A DNA stretch of 63,845 bases, filler included, from Pelomyxa schiedti (taxonomy: Eukaryota; Protista; Evosea), in NCBI GenBank assembly GCA_020536535.1. It is 10 parts of 10 records of this genome, joined end to end, with 100 filler letters (N's around TTAATTAATTAA, not from the genome) between each part and the next. Parts side by side here need not be neighbours in the genome. Positions count along the whole stretch, not along the records: positions 8,563 to 18,253 come from JAHLWZ010000136.1; positions 18,354 to 20,518 come from JAHLWZ010002097.1; positions 20,619 to 28,585 come from JAHLWZ010000772.1; 7 more parts are not named here. One strand, given 5' to 3'. A program made the position numbers and the translations under genes. The number at the start of each line of letters is the position of its first letter. Position 1 is the stretch's first letter. The notes under the pieces are model-generated. The model was not told where the DNA came from. It searched no databases and saw only the letters and a program-made list of their open reading frames with translations. Shown in pieces: positions 11,675 through 23,747 of the stretch.

Positions 11675-13803
11675 ATGTCCGCAACAAGTAGTACAAGTTC
11701 TACGTCATCAACAACGACGACGAGTTCGGCTAGTAGCACCGCGACGTCGTCGGATGGAGAACACCGCATGTGTCTATTTCTTATTTCAGTAATGATGAAT
11801 TAATGAGTTGGTTGTTGTTTTGTGGTGGAGAGAATTAATTATAACACCATTAAAACAATGCTTCTCAAACTCTGCAACGATGTAGTGTTTAAGCCGATTG
11901 ACGCTGACGAGACCTCGGGTGAGGTCACAGAAATGGAGTCCCTTTGTATGAATTGTGAAGAGCAAGGTGTTACTCGTTTGCTGTTAACAAAAGTTAGTAT
12001 CCCCACTTACTGGCACAGTGCGGCAGTCTTATCTTGCATTTTTCAACAGGTGCCGTTCTTCAGAGAAATAATACTAATGGCATTCTCCTGTGAACACTGC
12101 GGATATGAAAGTACAGAGGTGCAGTACGGCGGAGAAATTCAGCCAAAGGGCGTGCGGTATACACTCAATGCAACTTCACCAAGGGTAAATTGTACTTCTT
12201 CTCTTTCCATTTCCAAGCTTGTTCAGGATTGCAATAGACAAGTTGTGAAATCTGACCTGGCTTCAATATTGATTCCGCACATAGAATTCGAAATCCCTGC
12301 AAGTACTCAAAAGGGAAGTCTCAACACAGTTGAAGGGTTCCTCACAAATGCTTCTGTTGCCCTTAACCATGATCAACCTTTGAGACGAGTATGCGATACC
12401 CTGTTCCTCACAGTGCTTAACAGTCTGAAGATAGAAAATCCTGAGGTAGCAGAGAAAATAGATGCAGTGATTCATGAACTGGAAGAGTGTGCACAAGGTG
12501 CACATCCGTTTTCATTTGTACTCGATGACCCAGCTGGAAATAGTTTTATCCAAAACCCGTAATCTACCCGCAATATTTTTTGAGACTAAAACTTGGTCTA
12601 CACAGTTCCGCTCCCGCCGAGGATCCTCAGTTACTTGTGGAACACTACACTCGATCAGAAGATCAGGATCGAGCACTATGCATTAATGTTGCTTCAAAGA
12701 AGAGTGCTGCAGAACTTGTACCTGAACACAAAAATGCATCTTCCACTATAAGTGCGCATCTGTAAATTTGGGCTATGATGCACTTTACATTCCTCTTTTA
12801 GAGGGTCTTGGTCTTCCCGGAAACCCTGAGGCTGTTGATGTTACACCTGAAGAAGTTGCCGTTATGGAGCAGCACTGTGCAATGTGCGGAGCAGTAGGCG
12901 AGCTTCGTGCAATTCTCGCAAGTAGATACCTCCTTTTTGCTGAAATTATAACTCACCCTTTACAGAAATCCCGTTCTTCAAAGAAGTCACTATCATGGCC
13001 TACACCTGCAATGAATGCGGTTACAGAACCAATGAAGTAAAGTGTGGCGGTGCCATATCTCCCAAGGGAAGGAAACTTACCCTTCAGGTAAGGGGGAAGG
13101 CTGACCTTGACCGATCCTTCTTAAAGGTAAAGCAACTCTCACAATATCAATTTTTTTTCATTTTCCGGTCTAGTCCGACACCGCATCACTCAGAATTCCG
13201 GAAGTTGATCTGGAACTAGGAGAAGGCTCTTTGGGTTAGTGTTACTTTTTTACCATCACCAAGAGTGCTCACGCTTTTCAAGGCGGGAAGTTTACCACTG
13301 TGGAAGGTATTCTCACGGACATTCTGACCCAACTTGAGAACCTCCCATTCGTCGGCGGCGACAGCGCCGAGGCTCCCACACGCGCCCGCATGCAAAGCCT
13401 GCTTGCTTCGATGAAGGAGTTCCGCGACGGAACAGCTCCGTTCACTCTTATTGTGGATGACCCTCTCGCCAACAGTCACATCCAGAGGCTCGACGTTGAT
13501 GACTCGGAGCCGTCTTCGTCTTCGTCATCATCAACAACAGAACCCACATCGGCTACTCCTTCCACCACAGTGGTATCACGAGACTCCAATTTCGAGGTGA
13601 TAGACTATGAGCGGTCCATGGATCAGAATGACAGGCTGGGGCTTCTTGACATGAACACTGAGAACTACACCAACAACCCCGCGACTGACACCGCGTCGCA
13701 CCAACCAGATACCGCGGCCACCACGGTATCTGCCTCAGCAACCACACAGCAATCAACAACCGCTAGCAGTACCACAACAACACCAGGCCAGCATCATGAA
13801 TGA
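11675..13803 (+). CDS. ZPR1: Zinc finger protein ZPR1 (multi-exon)
   Basis: Two ZPR1 modules: ESLCMNC...PFFREIILMAFSCEHCGY...TVEG...LDDPAGNSFI and CAMCG...IPFFKEV...CNECGYRTNEVK...GKFTTVEG...DDPLANS. Confidence 0.95.
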
Positions 13804-13979
13804 GAATCAAAAACGATCATCAAAATTCTTGTTAGTGGAAAGACACAAACGCAGCAAAAAGGGTCCAAGTCAAGTGACGCGGTTGTTTGTTTGTTAAAAA
13901 AAAAAAAACTCAAAAACATGTGCTGACCCTTTCTCGCAGGAGTTGGTTGATAAAAACACATTTTATTCTACCAGCACCA

Positions 13980-15477
13980 ATGATGGAAGGGGACAAGCAA
14001 ATTGTGTTCAACACTCCCTCGGGGATCGATGACGATGGCGGCCCGGTCATTCACTTCTGTGACCCAACTACAAACAATTCAATGCCCGATGTTGTTGTAA
14101 GTGCTGCTGTTAGTGACTCCAGAAGTAGCAGTGCACTCCTCAGTGGGATGCAAGAATCTGCTTGCACCGTGCCAGTAAAGCGGTACAAGACTGCATACAT
14201 ACTTTTCCATGAACAGAAGAGGGATGAGGTCAGAAAATACCTTGGGCCAAACGCTTCATTCGCAGCAGTTGCAAAAGCGATAGCACAGAGGTGGAAAGCC
14301 CTCTCTGAACCCGAAAAACGGGTGTGTGTAAGGTGATTTTACCGCATTTCACTTTCGTTCTTATATTGTCATTCCTTTTCAGCCATTTGTGCTCATTGCA
14401 GAAGAACAGAAAAGGGCCTATTTGCAACAAAAACAAAACTCTGCAACCAAGATTACCAACAATTCAGCTGAGGCACACCCTGAAGAAGATACTATTCTCG
14501 GAGTCCAGAAGCGGCCAATGAATAAATACGCATATTTCCTATTTGCACGTGAAAAAAGAGATGAAGTCCGAAAATCCCTGGGCCCTTCGGCACGAGAATA
14601 TGCGGTTACACAGCACCTTACCAGACTGTGGAAAGAAATGTCCGCACTTGACAAGAAAGTACAATTTCTTCTCATTTAAGTTGTATGATTCTCACAACTT
14701 CACCAGCCGTTTACGGACCTTGCTGAGCAACAGAAAAATCAACTTCCAGCACAAAGTCCCAAGGCCGAACCTATCAAGGAGGATGCAGAGTCCTCTGAAG
14801 AAGAGAGACCAACAAAACCAACAAAAAGACCACCCTTGAGAGTCACAAAGGACCCCAACCACCCAAAGAGGCCCAAGCCAGCCTATCTCATCTTCGTGGG
14901 GGACAGGAGGCCGGGCTTTGTTGCAGCCACACCAGGAATGAGGCCTGTTGAATACATGAAGAAACTTGGGGAAATGTGGAAGTCCATGTCACCAGAAGAC
15001 AAACAACCCTTTGTTGCCAAGGCTGAGGCTGAAAAGCAGAGATACCAGAAGGACATGGAAGAATACAACCTCAACTTGGCAAACAAAACAGAAGAAAGAA
15101 CAACAACTACTTGTGCAGCAACTGTTCCCTCAAAGAGAATAGGAGTGGAGGAACATTCCTCTGAGTCTGAAAGTTCACAATCCTCATCGGACTCAGAGAG
15201 CGACACAAAGGAAAAACCAATCAGAAAGCACATCAAATTGGACCCTCTCCAACCAAAGAGGCCCAAAGCAGCCTTCATGTTCTTCTGTGAGCACAGGATC
15301 CTGCAAATGAAGGCATCACATCCCACAATGAATGTGTGTGAGCGCCTCAATACCATCAGCACAGAATGGAAGGACATGCCACCACAGCAAAAACAACCAT
15401 TTGTTGACCAGGCACAAGCTGACAAGCTGAGATACGAACACGACGTTAAAGCATACAAAGCTTCCCAGAATCACTAA
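13980..15477 (+). CDS. HMG-box protein with four HMG boxes
   Basis: Repeats KRYKTAYILF..WKALS, KRPMNKYAYFLF..WKEMS, PKRPKPAYLIF..WKSMSPEDKQPF and PKRPKAAFMFF..WKDMPPQQKQPF; two introns. Confidence 0.9.
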
Positions 15478-15527
15478 CCCGTACGGTTCCGCTTCTTTTC
15501 TATTTTCTCTTTCTTTAAAAGCCGGGA

Positions 15528-16760
15528 ATGAACAATCGCGCAGGCAAAATCGTCACTGTCGGTAACGACTTGGGCCGACCGACCAGGATGAGGGACCAAG
15601 TTGGCGCGCTGGCCGCGGGTGTGCACGCGAGGTGCGGCGCGCGGTGTCCGCTGCGCCTGATTTCGGCGATTATGGGAGGCGGTGGTTGTGGTGGTGGTAG
15701 TTGCGGCGGGGACGGGACTCTGGTCCTGAGGCTGATGTGGTTGTGGTTGATGGAGACGTCGAGGTTCTATTCTGTGGAGTGGGTGAATGTGAGTAGACAG
15801 GCAGTGATGATCACGTTCGGGGTCTCGTTGGTGCTGCTGACTCTCACCCATGAAGTGAGGTGGTGGGCAAAGGCGCGGAGGGAAGTTGTTCTGCTTGCCG
15901 CGAACGAGGCCTACTTGCTGGTGGAAGGCTGGTCAGAGTCCTGCCTCGACAGGTCGGTTTTCAGCCTGCAGGACAGAGCTAGTGGCATGAAGATACCGCT
16001 GTTTGCTGGCGAGGTGTGGAGGAGCGCAGCAAATTGGAAATGGTTGGTGGTGTTTGGAGGTGAACCGAGAACGATGACAGTTGTTGAGATACCAAGGAAG
16101 GGTGGTGTGCGGAACATCAAGAAGCCAACTGTTGTTTCACTTGACAGTACGTGGGGAATTGGTGAACTAGAGTTTGTGGGCCCTGATGAGAACCACCTGT
16201 TGTTTCGCTGCTCTCCTGGGGATAAGCTGACCGTGGGAAGCCTGAAACTTGTGTTGGTTGATCTTGAGAAAACTTGTGCATCAAACAAGATCGTTGTGGT
16301 GAGCTCCACTGATCCAATTTTGGATGGTCACCCTCGCCGGTACGTACTGCGTGGTGAATACTTTGCATTTCGCAAGGAGAGTGGTTCCCATTGTTTCATC
16401 AATCAGAGAGGTAATAAACCTGCTTTTACAATTGAGGAGGGAACTGGCAAGTCAACACCAACATTTCCAAAAGCCATGGAAGCTAATTTTCGTGTGTCAC
16501 AGATGAACCAGTCACAGTTCTGCACGCTTGGGGCCTCTTGTGACACCTATGAAGTGTGGGATGTGAATGACACAACCAAGCCAGTGAGGACACAGAGTTG
16601 TATCGCAACCAAGCACTCTTTCGTTGAAGGTGGCCTGCTGTTCCAGACAAGTGCCTCCCTCAAGGAGATGCACGTGACTGAGGAGTCCTCTGGTGCCCAC
16701 GTCATCACCTTCAATTTGTTCAGACCACTTCGTGTGATCATCTGGCATTTCTCCATGTGA
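15528..16760 (+). CDS. Lineage-specific multigene family protein, tandem paralog 1
   Basis: 410-aa intronless ORF with MRDQVGALAAGVHARCG...GPDENHLL...VEGGLLFQ...EESSG; highly similar to the next ORF. Confidence 0.8.
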   Translation: MNNRAGKIVTVGNDLGRPTRMRDQVGALAAGVHARCGARCPLRLISAIMGGGGCGGGSCGGDGTLVLRLMWLWLMETSRFYSVEWVNVSRQAVMITFGVSLVLLTLTHEVRWWAKARREVVLLAANEAYLLVEGWSESCLDRSVFSLQDRASGMKIPLFAGEVWRSAANWKWLVVFGGEPRTMTVVEIPRKGGVRNIKKPTVVSLDSTWGIGELEFVGPDENHLLFRCSPGDKLTVGSLKLVLVDLEKTCASNKIVVVSSTDPILDGHPRRYVLRGEYFAFRKESGSHCFINQRGNKPAFTIEEGTGKSTPTFPKAMEANFRVSQMNQSQFCTLGASCDTYEVWDVNDTTKPVRTQSCIATKHSFVEGGLLFQTSASLKEMHVTEESSGAHVITFNLFRPLRVIIWHFSM

Positions 16761-16870
16761 AGCACTTTCAATTCTGTTTCTTTCCTGAACCTTTGGAACA
16801 GTCTTGGGAAAGAACCAATCACATCTTTTTCTCGTTTGACTTTGGTGTAATTTTCTCCTTTCTGATTTTG

Positions 16871-18130
16871 ATGGTTTCGGTGAATTCGAACAACAAAAAA
16901 ACGCAACGCACCGGCAAAGTCGTAACCATCGCACCCGGCACTCCGGCGACGAGGATGAGGGACCAAGTTGGTGCCCTGGCCGCCGGTGCCCACCCGCGGT
17001 GCGGGGCGCTGTTCCCCCTGACCAAGATGATCATTATGGGAAGCGACGGCACGCTGGTCCTGAGGGTGCTGTGGGCGTGGCTGATGGCCAGATCGAGGCT
17101 GCACTGGCTGAGGTGGACGAACGAACAAGGCCAGGTGGTGATGATCGCGTTCGGGGTTTCGTCGGATCTTCTGTCACTGACACGCGACGCGAGGTGGTGG
17201 GTCGAGCGGCCCGGGGAGCTGGTGTACGGCGCGTATCGGGACTACCTGGCGTGGATGGAGGCCGGCGGGCTTTTCGGGCTGCAGGACAGAGCAACCGGCG
17301 AGAGGGTGCCGCTGTTCGTCGGCGACGGGTTTGGGCACACGTCGAATGGGAAGTGGCTTGTATCGCTGTGCATCCCGCGGATGGTGGTTGTTGAGATACC
17401 GAGGAAGAGCACGTGCGGCGGTGGCGGCGGCTGTGGTGTGGGAAACAACGGCAGGAAGCCAACTGTTGTTTCAGTTGGGAGGAGGTGGGAGTTTTGCAAA
17501 CCTATGTTTCTGGGCCCTGATGAAAACCACCTGTTGCTTCGGTGCTCTGATCTGGGGGAGACTTACTTTGAGCTTGTCTTGGTTGACCTTGAGCAGTCTT
17601 GTGCCTCAAACAAGCTGGTCGTGCTGAGCTCAACCACCCCAAGATTGGATGACTTGCCTTTGGCGGGTAACTCCTTTAGATTCCTCTTGACTGCCAACTA
17701 CCTCACCTTATGCAATGTGAGTGGTTCTCGTTGCTTTATCATGGCGCCAGGGGTTGATCACGCCATTGTTTCAATTGAGGAGGGAACTGGCAAAACACTG
17801 TTTCGAAAACCCACTGAACCTTTGAAGTACCATGTTTCACAGTTGAACAAGTCACAGTTCTGCATTTTTTGGCACTGCTCCCCTTCCTATGAAGTGTGGG
17901 ATGTGAATGACGCAACCAAACCGGTGCGCACTCAGAGTCTCCTGAGTGGTTGCAGAGCCCAGAATGCCGTTGTTGAGGGTGGCCTTCTGTTCCAGATGAG
18001 TGAGTCTATGAAAGAGATGCATGTGACTGAGGAGTCCTCTGGTTCCCACATCGTCACTTTCCACTTGTTCAGACCTTTATTGGGAATCACCCGCCACTTC
18101 TCCTCCCCTCTCTCACCCTCTCTTTCATAA
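16871..18130 (+). CDS. Lineage-specific multigene family protein, tandem paralog 2
   Basis: Same motif series as 15528-16760. Confidence 0.8.
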   Translation: MVSVNSNNKKTQRTGKVVTIAPGTPATRMRDQVGALAAGAHPRCGALFPLTKMIIMGSDGTLVLRVLWAWLMARSRLHWLRWTNEQGQVVMIAFGVSSDLLSLTRDARWWVERPGELVYGAYRDYLAWMEAGGLFGLQDRATGERVPLFVGDGFGHTSNGKWLVSLCIPRMVVVEIPRKSTCGGGGGCGVGNNGRKPTVVSVGRRWEFCKPMFLGPDENHLLLRCSDLGETYFELVLVDLEQSCASNKLVVLSSTTPRLDDLPLAGNSFRFLLTANYLTLCNVSGSRCFIMAPGVDHAIVSIEEGTGKTLFRKPTEPLKYHVSQLNKSQFCIFWHCSPSYEVWDVNDATKPVRTQSLLSGCRAQNAVVEGGLLFQMSESMKEMHVTEESSGSHIVTFHLFRPLLGITRHFSSPLSPSLS

Positions 18131-18353
18131 TCACGGTTCTGTGTTTTTGGGCACCACCTTGGTTCCTATGACGTGTGGGACATCAATGCGATCATCTGGC
18201 ATTCCTTGGAGAGAGTTGCCACCCATTTCTCTTTCCCTCTTTCTGGTCCCCATNNNNNNNNNNNNNNNNNNNNNNNNNNNNNNNNNNNNNNNNNNNNTTA
18301 ATTAATTAANNNNNNNNNNNNNNNNNNNNNNNNNNNNNNNNNNNNNNNNNNNN

Positions 18354-18354
18354 A

Positions 18355-18388
<34 letters not shown>

Positions 18389-19038
18389 TGGTGCCATTTT
18401 CGGGCCACTCGCTCACACACAAACCTCTGATGCTCGTCTAGCGCCTTATCAGCGGGGCTCCCATAATTGCCATCAGCCGCCCCGGTTCCCCCCTCCCCGC
18501 CCCCGCCCCCGTCCCCGCTGCCCCTGTCGCCGCCGCCACCACTCGCATTAGCATTAGCATCCGCATTAGTATCAGTAGGTTCGCCGCCGCCGGCGGTCTC
18601 CCCTTGGTGCGTGGCTGCGGCCCCCCCCTCGCTCTTTGGATCCACGCCACCACCACCACCGCTCGCTGCGGCCCCCCCGCACACCTGCTGCTGTGGGTCC
18701 TCGATGTCGGGAGTATGTGCACAAGCGGTGGGGCGTCTTTTACGGAACACTCGCGTGGGTTTGATGCGGGGCAGAGCGGTGGTGCTGGTGCTGGTGCTGC
18801 TGGTGCTGCCCGGGGCGACTGTGCCTGTAGCTGTGCTTGTGGTTGCGGTGGCTGGGCGATCAGGGGGTGCACCACCACAGCTCGCCGAGGGTGTCTCCGC
18901 GGCTGGTGGTGGTTCCTCCTCGTGGTGATGTCGTTGGCTTGGGGCACATGGGGGACGAGGGTCCTGGTCCTGAACCGAAGGGCTGCTGCTGGCCAAACTA
19001 CTAGGAATAGTACGCCCTAGGTCCCGGTCCACCATCAC
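18354..19038 (-). CDS. N-terminal low-complexity portion of an unknown protein
   Basis: GC-rich ORF rich in S/T/G/P that runs into a probable intron and the contig edge. Confidence 0.4.
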
Positions 19039-19415
19039 ACTCCAGAAACAAACAAATCGGAAGAGAAAATTTCTTTGGAGTGCCTTTGTAGTTGTAGTCT
19101 ATGCGGAGTGCTGTTGGGTAGTTTCTCAAAGAGAAACTGAAGAACAGGAAAGATAGAAGATTGGATGATGATGAGCCAGTACCGTAACATCACTCGAGTA
19201 AGGAGCAAAAGAAAAAAACCCTGGCTCTCTCTCTTTCTCACAGACAGAAAAAGGGGAAGAAGCCAAAGCATAACTCAGTCACACATCCCACACCACTTGG
19301 TGGAGGCTGAGTGCGAGGTGGGTAGTGTTGCAAGCCACCCACATTTCAGATTGTGGTGAACCCAACGGTGTTATGTTTTTTTTTTTTTTTTGGATGGTTG
19401 TGTGCAGGTAATGCA

Positions 19416-19694
19416 TTACGTGGTAGTTCCCAATCCATTTAGTTCTATTTGTTGGAAAGCATCGTCCCGTTCTTTCTTAAGAGCAAGATTCTCCCTCCGC
19501 AAATTCGCGATAGTAGCAGCCATTTGCTCATTCGCTGTGCGCGCCACGCTCAAACATCCAATAGCTTCCTCACGTTGCCTCAGCACCTCCATTTGCGCAC
19601 GCTGTAGGTTCCCAATCCTCAACGCCGTATCGCGCTCCTCCAATGCAATGTTCAACTCGTGCTCGAGTGCATCGATCTTCCTGTGGCGACTCAT
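19416..19694 (-). CDS. Small coiled-coil hypothetical protein (possibly a first exon)
   Basis: ATG-started ORF with helical E/R/L/A heptads. Confidence 0.4.
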   Translation of the reverse strand: MSRHRKIDALEHELNIALEERDTALRIGNLQRAQMEVLRQREEAIGCLSVARTANEQMAATIANLRRENLALKKERDDAFQQIELNGLGTTT

Positions 19695-19895
19695 GTTATG
19701 TTGTAGAGGATGTTGTGGTATTTGGATCTTGCGTGCTATGTGTGTTGTGTGTTGGGAGTTATTTAGTTATTTTTTTGTTTTTGGATCTTGTGTGCCATTT
19801 ATTCTGGCATAATCCCCGGACGCGACGTCGTCTGGGACATTTGAATTTTAAATTTCCCTTTCTTCGTGTTTTGAATGATGGTGCACGGACGACAC

Positions 19896-19985
19896 TCCTG
19901 AGACTGAGGAAAAATGGACCTACCATAGAGGCCACAGAACTCCTGAGCTGAGGAAAAATGGACCTACCATAGAGGCCACAGAACT
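19896..19985 (+). repeat. Two-copy ~45-bp tandem duplication
   Basis: tcctgag(a)ctgaggaaaaatggacctaccatagaggccacagaac occurs twice. Confidence 0.9.
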
Positions 19986-20062
19986 TCTTGCCTCCGGGAG
20001 AAACAACTTGATTGGTAAGAATCCCATCACATGAGACATCAAGGGCTGGGTTGGTGTTGTCA

Positions 20063-20518
20063 TCAAGGGAGAAGGGCACAGCTTGAATAGCTGTCAGTGG
20101 AAAAATCAACAGTGAGTATTGGCAAGTCAGACGGTGAAGACAACACGTCAGTCACTTCGAAGTGAGTGTTGGACTTGTGGAAGAGGAACCCAGAGTTGGC
20201 TTCCACCTCTGTGCATCCCTCCCTGTGCTTGGATGCCCTCACTTTGCCACTGTTGCAGTCCCAGAGCTCAAAGCAGTCGGGCATAGACACGCAGAACTGT
20301 GACATGCTCACTTGGGAGATACATTTGCAGGCATACGATGGTGGCTTGATTTGTTTGAAGGAGCTGGTTCCTTCTTGAAGCTCCAGAACCTCCCCGTGCT
20401 GTCGAGGGTAAAACACTCTGGCAATGACATAACGTTGGCCATTGTTCTTCTGTACAATAAAAGCAGAGCAAAGAGTGCAGAAAGTGGGGAACTGAGTGGA
20501 ACTCTTCACAATAAGGGT
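20063..20518 (-). CDS. 3' part of a lineage-specific family member
   Basis: ELQEGT...ISQVSMSQFCV...FELWDCN...ANSGFLF resembles the C-termini of the 15528 and 16871 ORFs. Confidence 0.65.
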   Translation of the reverse strand, partial: TLIVKSSTQFPTFCTLCSAFIVQKNNGQRYVIARVFYPRQHGEVLELQEGTSSFKQIKPPSYACKCISQVSMSQFCVSMPDCFELWDCNSGKVRASKHREGCTEVEANSGFLFHKSNTHFEVTDVLSSPSDLPILTVDFSTDSYSSCALLP

Positions 20519-20618
20519 NNNNNNNNNNNNNNNNNNNNNNNNNNNNNNNNNNNNNNNNNNNNTTAATTAATTAANNNNNNNNNNNNNNNNNNNNNNNNNN
20601 NNNNNNNNNNNNNNNNNN

Positions 20619-20739
<121 letters not shown>

Positions 20740-20909
20740 CTGTTGTTGGTGATGGTGGTGGTCGTTGTGTTGGGCAGCGTGTCTGGGGGGATGTGTCGTA
20801 GTGTTGTTGTTGTGCCTTTTCGTCTTGCGGCCGTCGTTCTTGTGTTCCTGCATTTTTGACCTTTTCGAAGCACCACTCTGGGCCGAAGTCTGGGGAAGGT
20901 TCAGATCTG

Positions 20910-22235
20910 ATGGTGAGTGGGTCGCATTTCCGGGTTGTACGATGGGGGGTAGGGTACCAGTTGTTGGCACGTACTCACCAGGCACACCGCACACACTACA
21001 CTGCAGGTGAACTTCTTCTACCTGTCGGCGAGTGCACGTGAGGGGGCATCGTGGTACAACGACAACCACGTGGTGAAAATGGGGCTAGAGGCTGTGCAGG
21101 TGATGTGGACGTGCGTGCGTTTCGTGCTCGAAGATGCCGACGACATTATCGCAAAAGTACGCTTCCTTTCTGTTATTATTATTGATTCGGGGAGGGAGGA
21201 GCCACACGCACACAAAGGGAGTGGAAAGTTCCTCTTGAATGAATACAGCTGTAAACTGTTTTTTTTTTTTTTTTGTTTCAGTTTGAATTGGAAACGGGAA
21301 AGAAGTCTATGAACGCACTGCATCATGCTAAACACCCTGTGGTTATGTGGTGTTGTTGCTCTCACGCAAACTTTTCTTTGCTTCTTGAATATGCTATTGC
21401 AATATTTGAGGAGTACACTGCACGCTTCCACAAAGTTCATGTGAGGTTCACACCAATCACTAACCATACAGACCGGTAATGTTAAAAGGCAACTTGATGC
21501 GGAGTTCTTTGCAAGGAATCACAAACTCTTTGTCTTCAATAACCCTAAATATACTGCTTGGCACTCTGCATCAATGAAGTGGGTACTTTCTGGAAAATCG
21601 ACTACCATCAAGCCGACCTGGTGGAGTACCTGTGGGATTCCTTCTGGAACTAATCCAGACACAGTACAATCCAGTTGTAATACGAATGGAAAACTAATTC
21701 TCAATAGTGCGGTGCTACCCCTCCGCCGCAGTGTGTACTTCCTCAGGACATGGTAGAAGGTGACACCATCCAAGCATACAAAAATTGCTATGTGTCCAAA
21801 TCGTCCACCATGGCCAAGATGAGGTATTACCACTCGGAGCCGCCTTCCTGGTTACCACAACCGCTACGGGAATCTCTGATTAAAGACAGAATCCAATTCC
21901 AAACCAAGTCAGGTAAGAAATCAAAATCAACAACATCATCCAGTACGGCAGCAAGCACTACAACCACAACACCTTCAAAAAAGCCCACCAAACGCACAAA
22001 GAAGCCTGCGAAACCAGTGAAGTCCAATACCACAACAAAGAGTCACCATTCATCGTCGTCATCAGACGGTGACAGCAGTGATTCTAACAGTGGCAGCTCT
22101 GCAAGTGAAAGTGACAAAACCACAGGCAGTAGTAGTGAGAGCGATTCTGATGATGTTATTCTCCCTGTCAAGACACCCAGCAAAAGCAAATCCAAATCAA
22201 AAGCGACACCAAAGAGACCAAAGAAAAGTGGGTAA
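20910..22235 (+). CDS. Pyrimidine-dimer DNA glycosylase/endonuclease V-like protein (phage/bacterial type) with a basic/Ser-rich tail
   Basis: Spliced product M|VNFFYLSASAREGASWYNDNHVVKMGLEAVQVM...HAKHPVVMWCCCSHANF...EEYTARFHKVH...TPPPQCVL...DTIQAYKNCY...PSWL matches the recalled consensus MNIFYLD..A..H.DKHVVKM..E..Q / HP...W...S..NY / EYT.RY.K.H / D.V.AYR.YY. Confidence 0.8.
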
Positions 22236-22437
22236 CATAAGAACAAGAAACCCCTTTTATGTGGTTTTTTCCCTTTTCTTTGCTTTGTGGGTAGTGTTGG
22301 GGGTTGTTGTGTTCTCTTGGCAAAGCCAGCCCTTGTCGGTGGGTTCTTTCCACAGTGCAAGTCCTAGTGCACTGTTTGGAAGAGTCTCCAAAAAAAGGTG
22401 GTGAGGGAGTTCTGTTTTGGCACTCTACACGAGTATT

Positions 22438-23486
22438 TAAAGTGCGTCAATGAGAGAGCTGCGCATTTCTTTCACAATGTGGCTTGGTTGAGCATCACCA
22501 AGCTGTATGACGAGTAAGAATCTTTGGAGAGATGCTAGAAATGCCAACCTTAAAGATACTTTCAATTACGGAAATTTCAGTGGCGGTTGTGTCCATTCCG
22601 CAGAATGCAATCCAATCGTTAACCACAAGACCGGCACCAATAACATCGCTTCCCCTGTAGAAAGGTGAGATTTAATGCGAAAGGTCTCCATTGATACCTG
22701 TTGACGGTTCCTGCAACTACTGGTACTTGAAGCAAAGATGCAAGTTCGTCCTGCTCTTCAGAAGTGGTGGCCGGGTGGACAAGAGCCCCTTGGTTTGAAA
22801 CAGCGCAATATGTACCAACCAATACATTGCTTGCTACAGTTTGTCGGAAAACTTCAACTCCAAGAACATCGGCAACGATCTCTTCGGTTTCCTGTTTCAT
22901 GTCAGAGGTAAACAATAAACAAACTCATGAACCTTGTCAATATCTGGGTGAACAAGTGCAACATAGTCATTGGTGGCTATTACGTTTCCAAGTGCGGAAA
23001 GTCTTTCTTCAACGCGCTGCACGACAACAGCTTCTGGCATAGAGTTTTTAATATGGAGGAGCTCCTGATCAGTAGTAGTATTAGGTACTAAGAGACCCTT
23101 TCGATTGCCTTTTAGAAGAGAAGGGAGAGGAAAGGGTTTGAGTTTTTGGTTGGTTTTTTTTTTTTTATTTATTGAGTAAGAAGTATTTATTACCTGCAGT
23201 CAATCTGCCTACAACACGGACACCAGCGATGGAGGTGGTGATAACAGGAACATGTTCACCGAGCTCAGACTCGAAGACTACAATCAAAGTTAAACGAAGC
23301 TGGGCTTTTCAAAAAAAGTAATAAAAACCTTTGAAGTGAGCAGAACCACCATGAGCCACAAGACAATACGCGTTGGTCAACTTACTGAACACGCCAATTT
23401 CGCTACTGTTCTCGAACTGAGCCCCTGTTTCGCGGTGAAAATGATAAGAAACAAAGCACAGGAAAAAGTTACGCACTGAGAGCCAT
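22438..23486 (-). CDS. EIF6: Eukaryotic translation initiation factor 6
   Basis: [26 protein letters not shown]...[14 protein letters not shown]...SNQGALVHP...[12 protein letters not shown]...MRSSLIDAL*. Confidence 0.97.
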
Positions 23487-23747
23487 TGTACTATCAAGAA
23501 GAAGAGATCTTGGACAAAGTGCGGTACCGGTGCTGCACACCTACGCTTCCTGTCTTTTTTGTTTTTCAGTATAATTCTGTTATTCCGAATCTGGATCCAT
23601 GAAACCGAGACATCCCACTGAGGATCAGAATACTGAATGAATGCACGTACAATTCACATCTTCTCCACCAGCATTCCTCATTCACTCTGCCCCTCCTTCA
23701 TCACACTTCGTAGCAAACGAAAAACACACAAAAAGAAAAGACCGAAG

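Noticed and set aside
11766-11885. Possible GC-AG first intron in ZPR1 (gcatgt donor)
   Set aside because: A same-phase GT donor exists at 11772; this cannot be decided without transcripts.
6319-18947. Many overlapping antisense or alternate-frame ORFs in GC-rich segments
   Set aside because: They are shadows of GC-rich real genes and have no independent motifs.
19896-19985. Possible CRISPR-like array
   Set aside because: Only two adjacent copies with no spacer, in a eukaryotic context.
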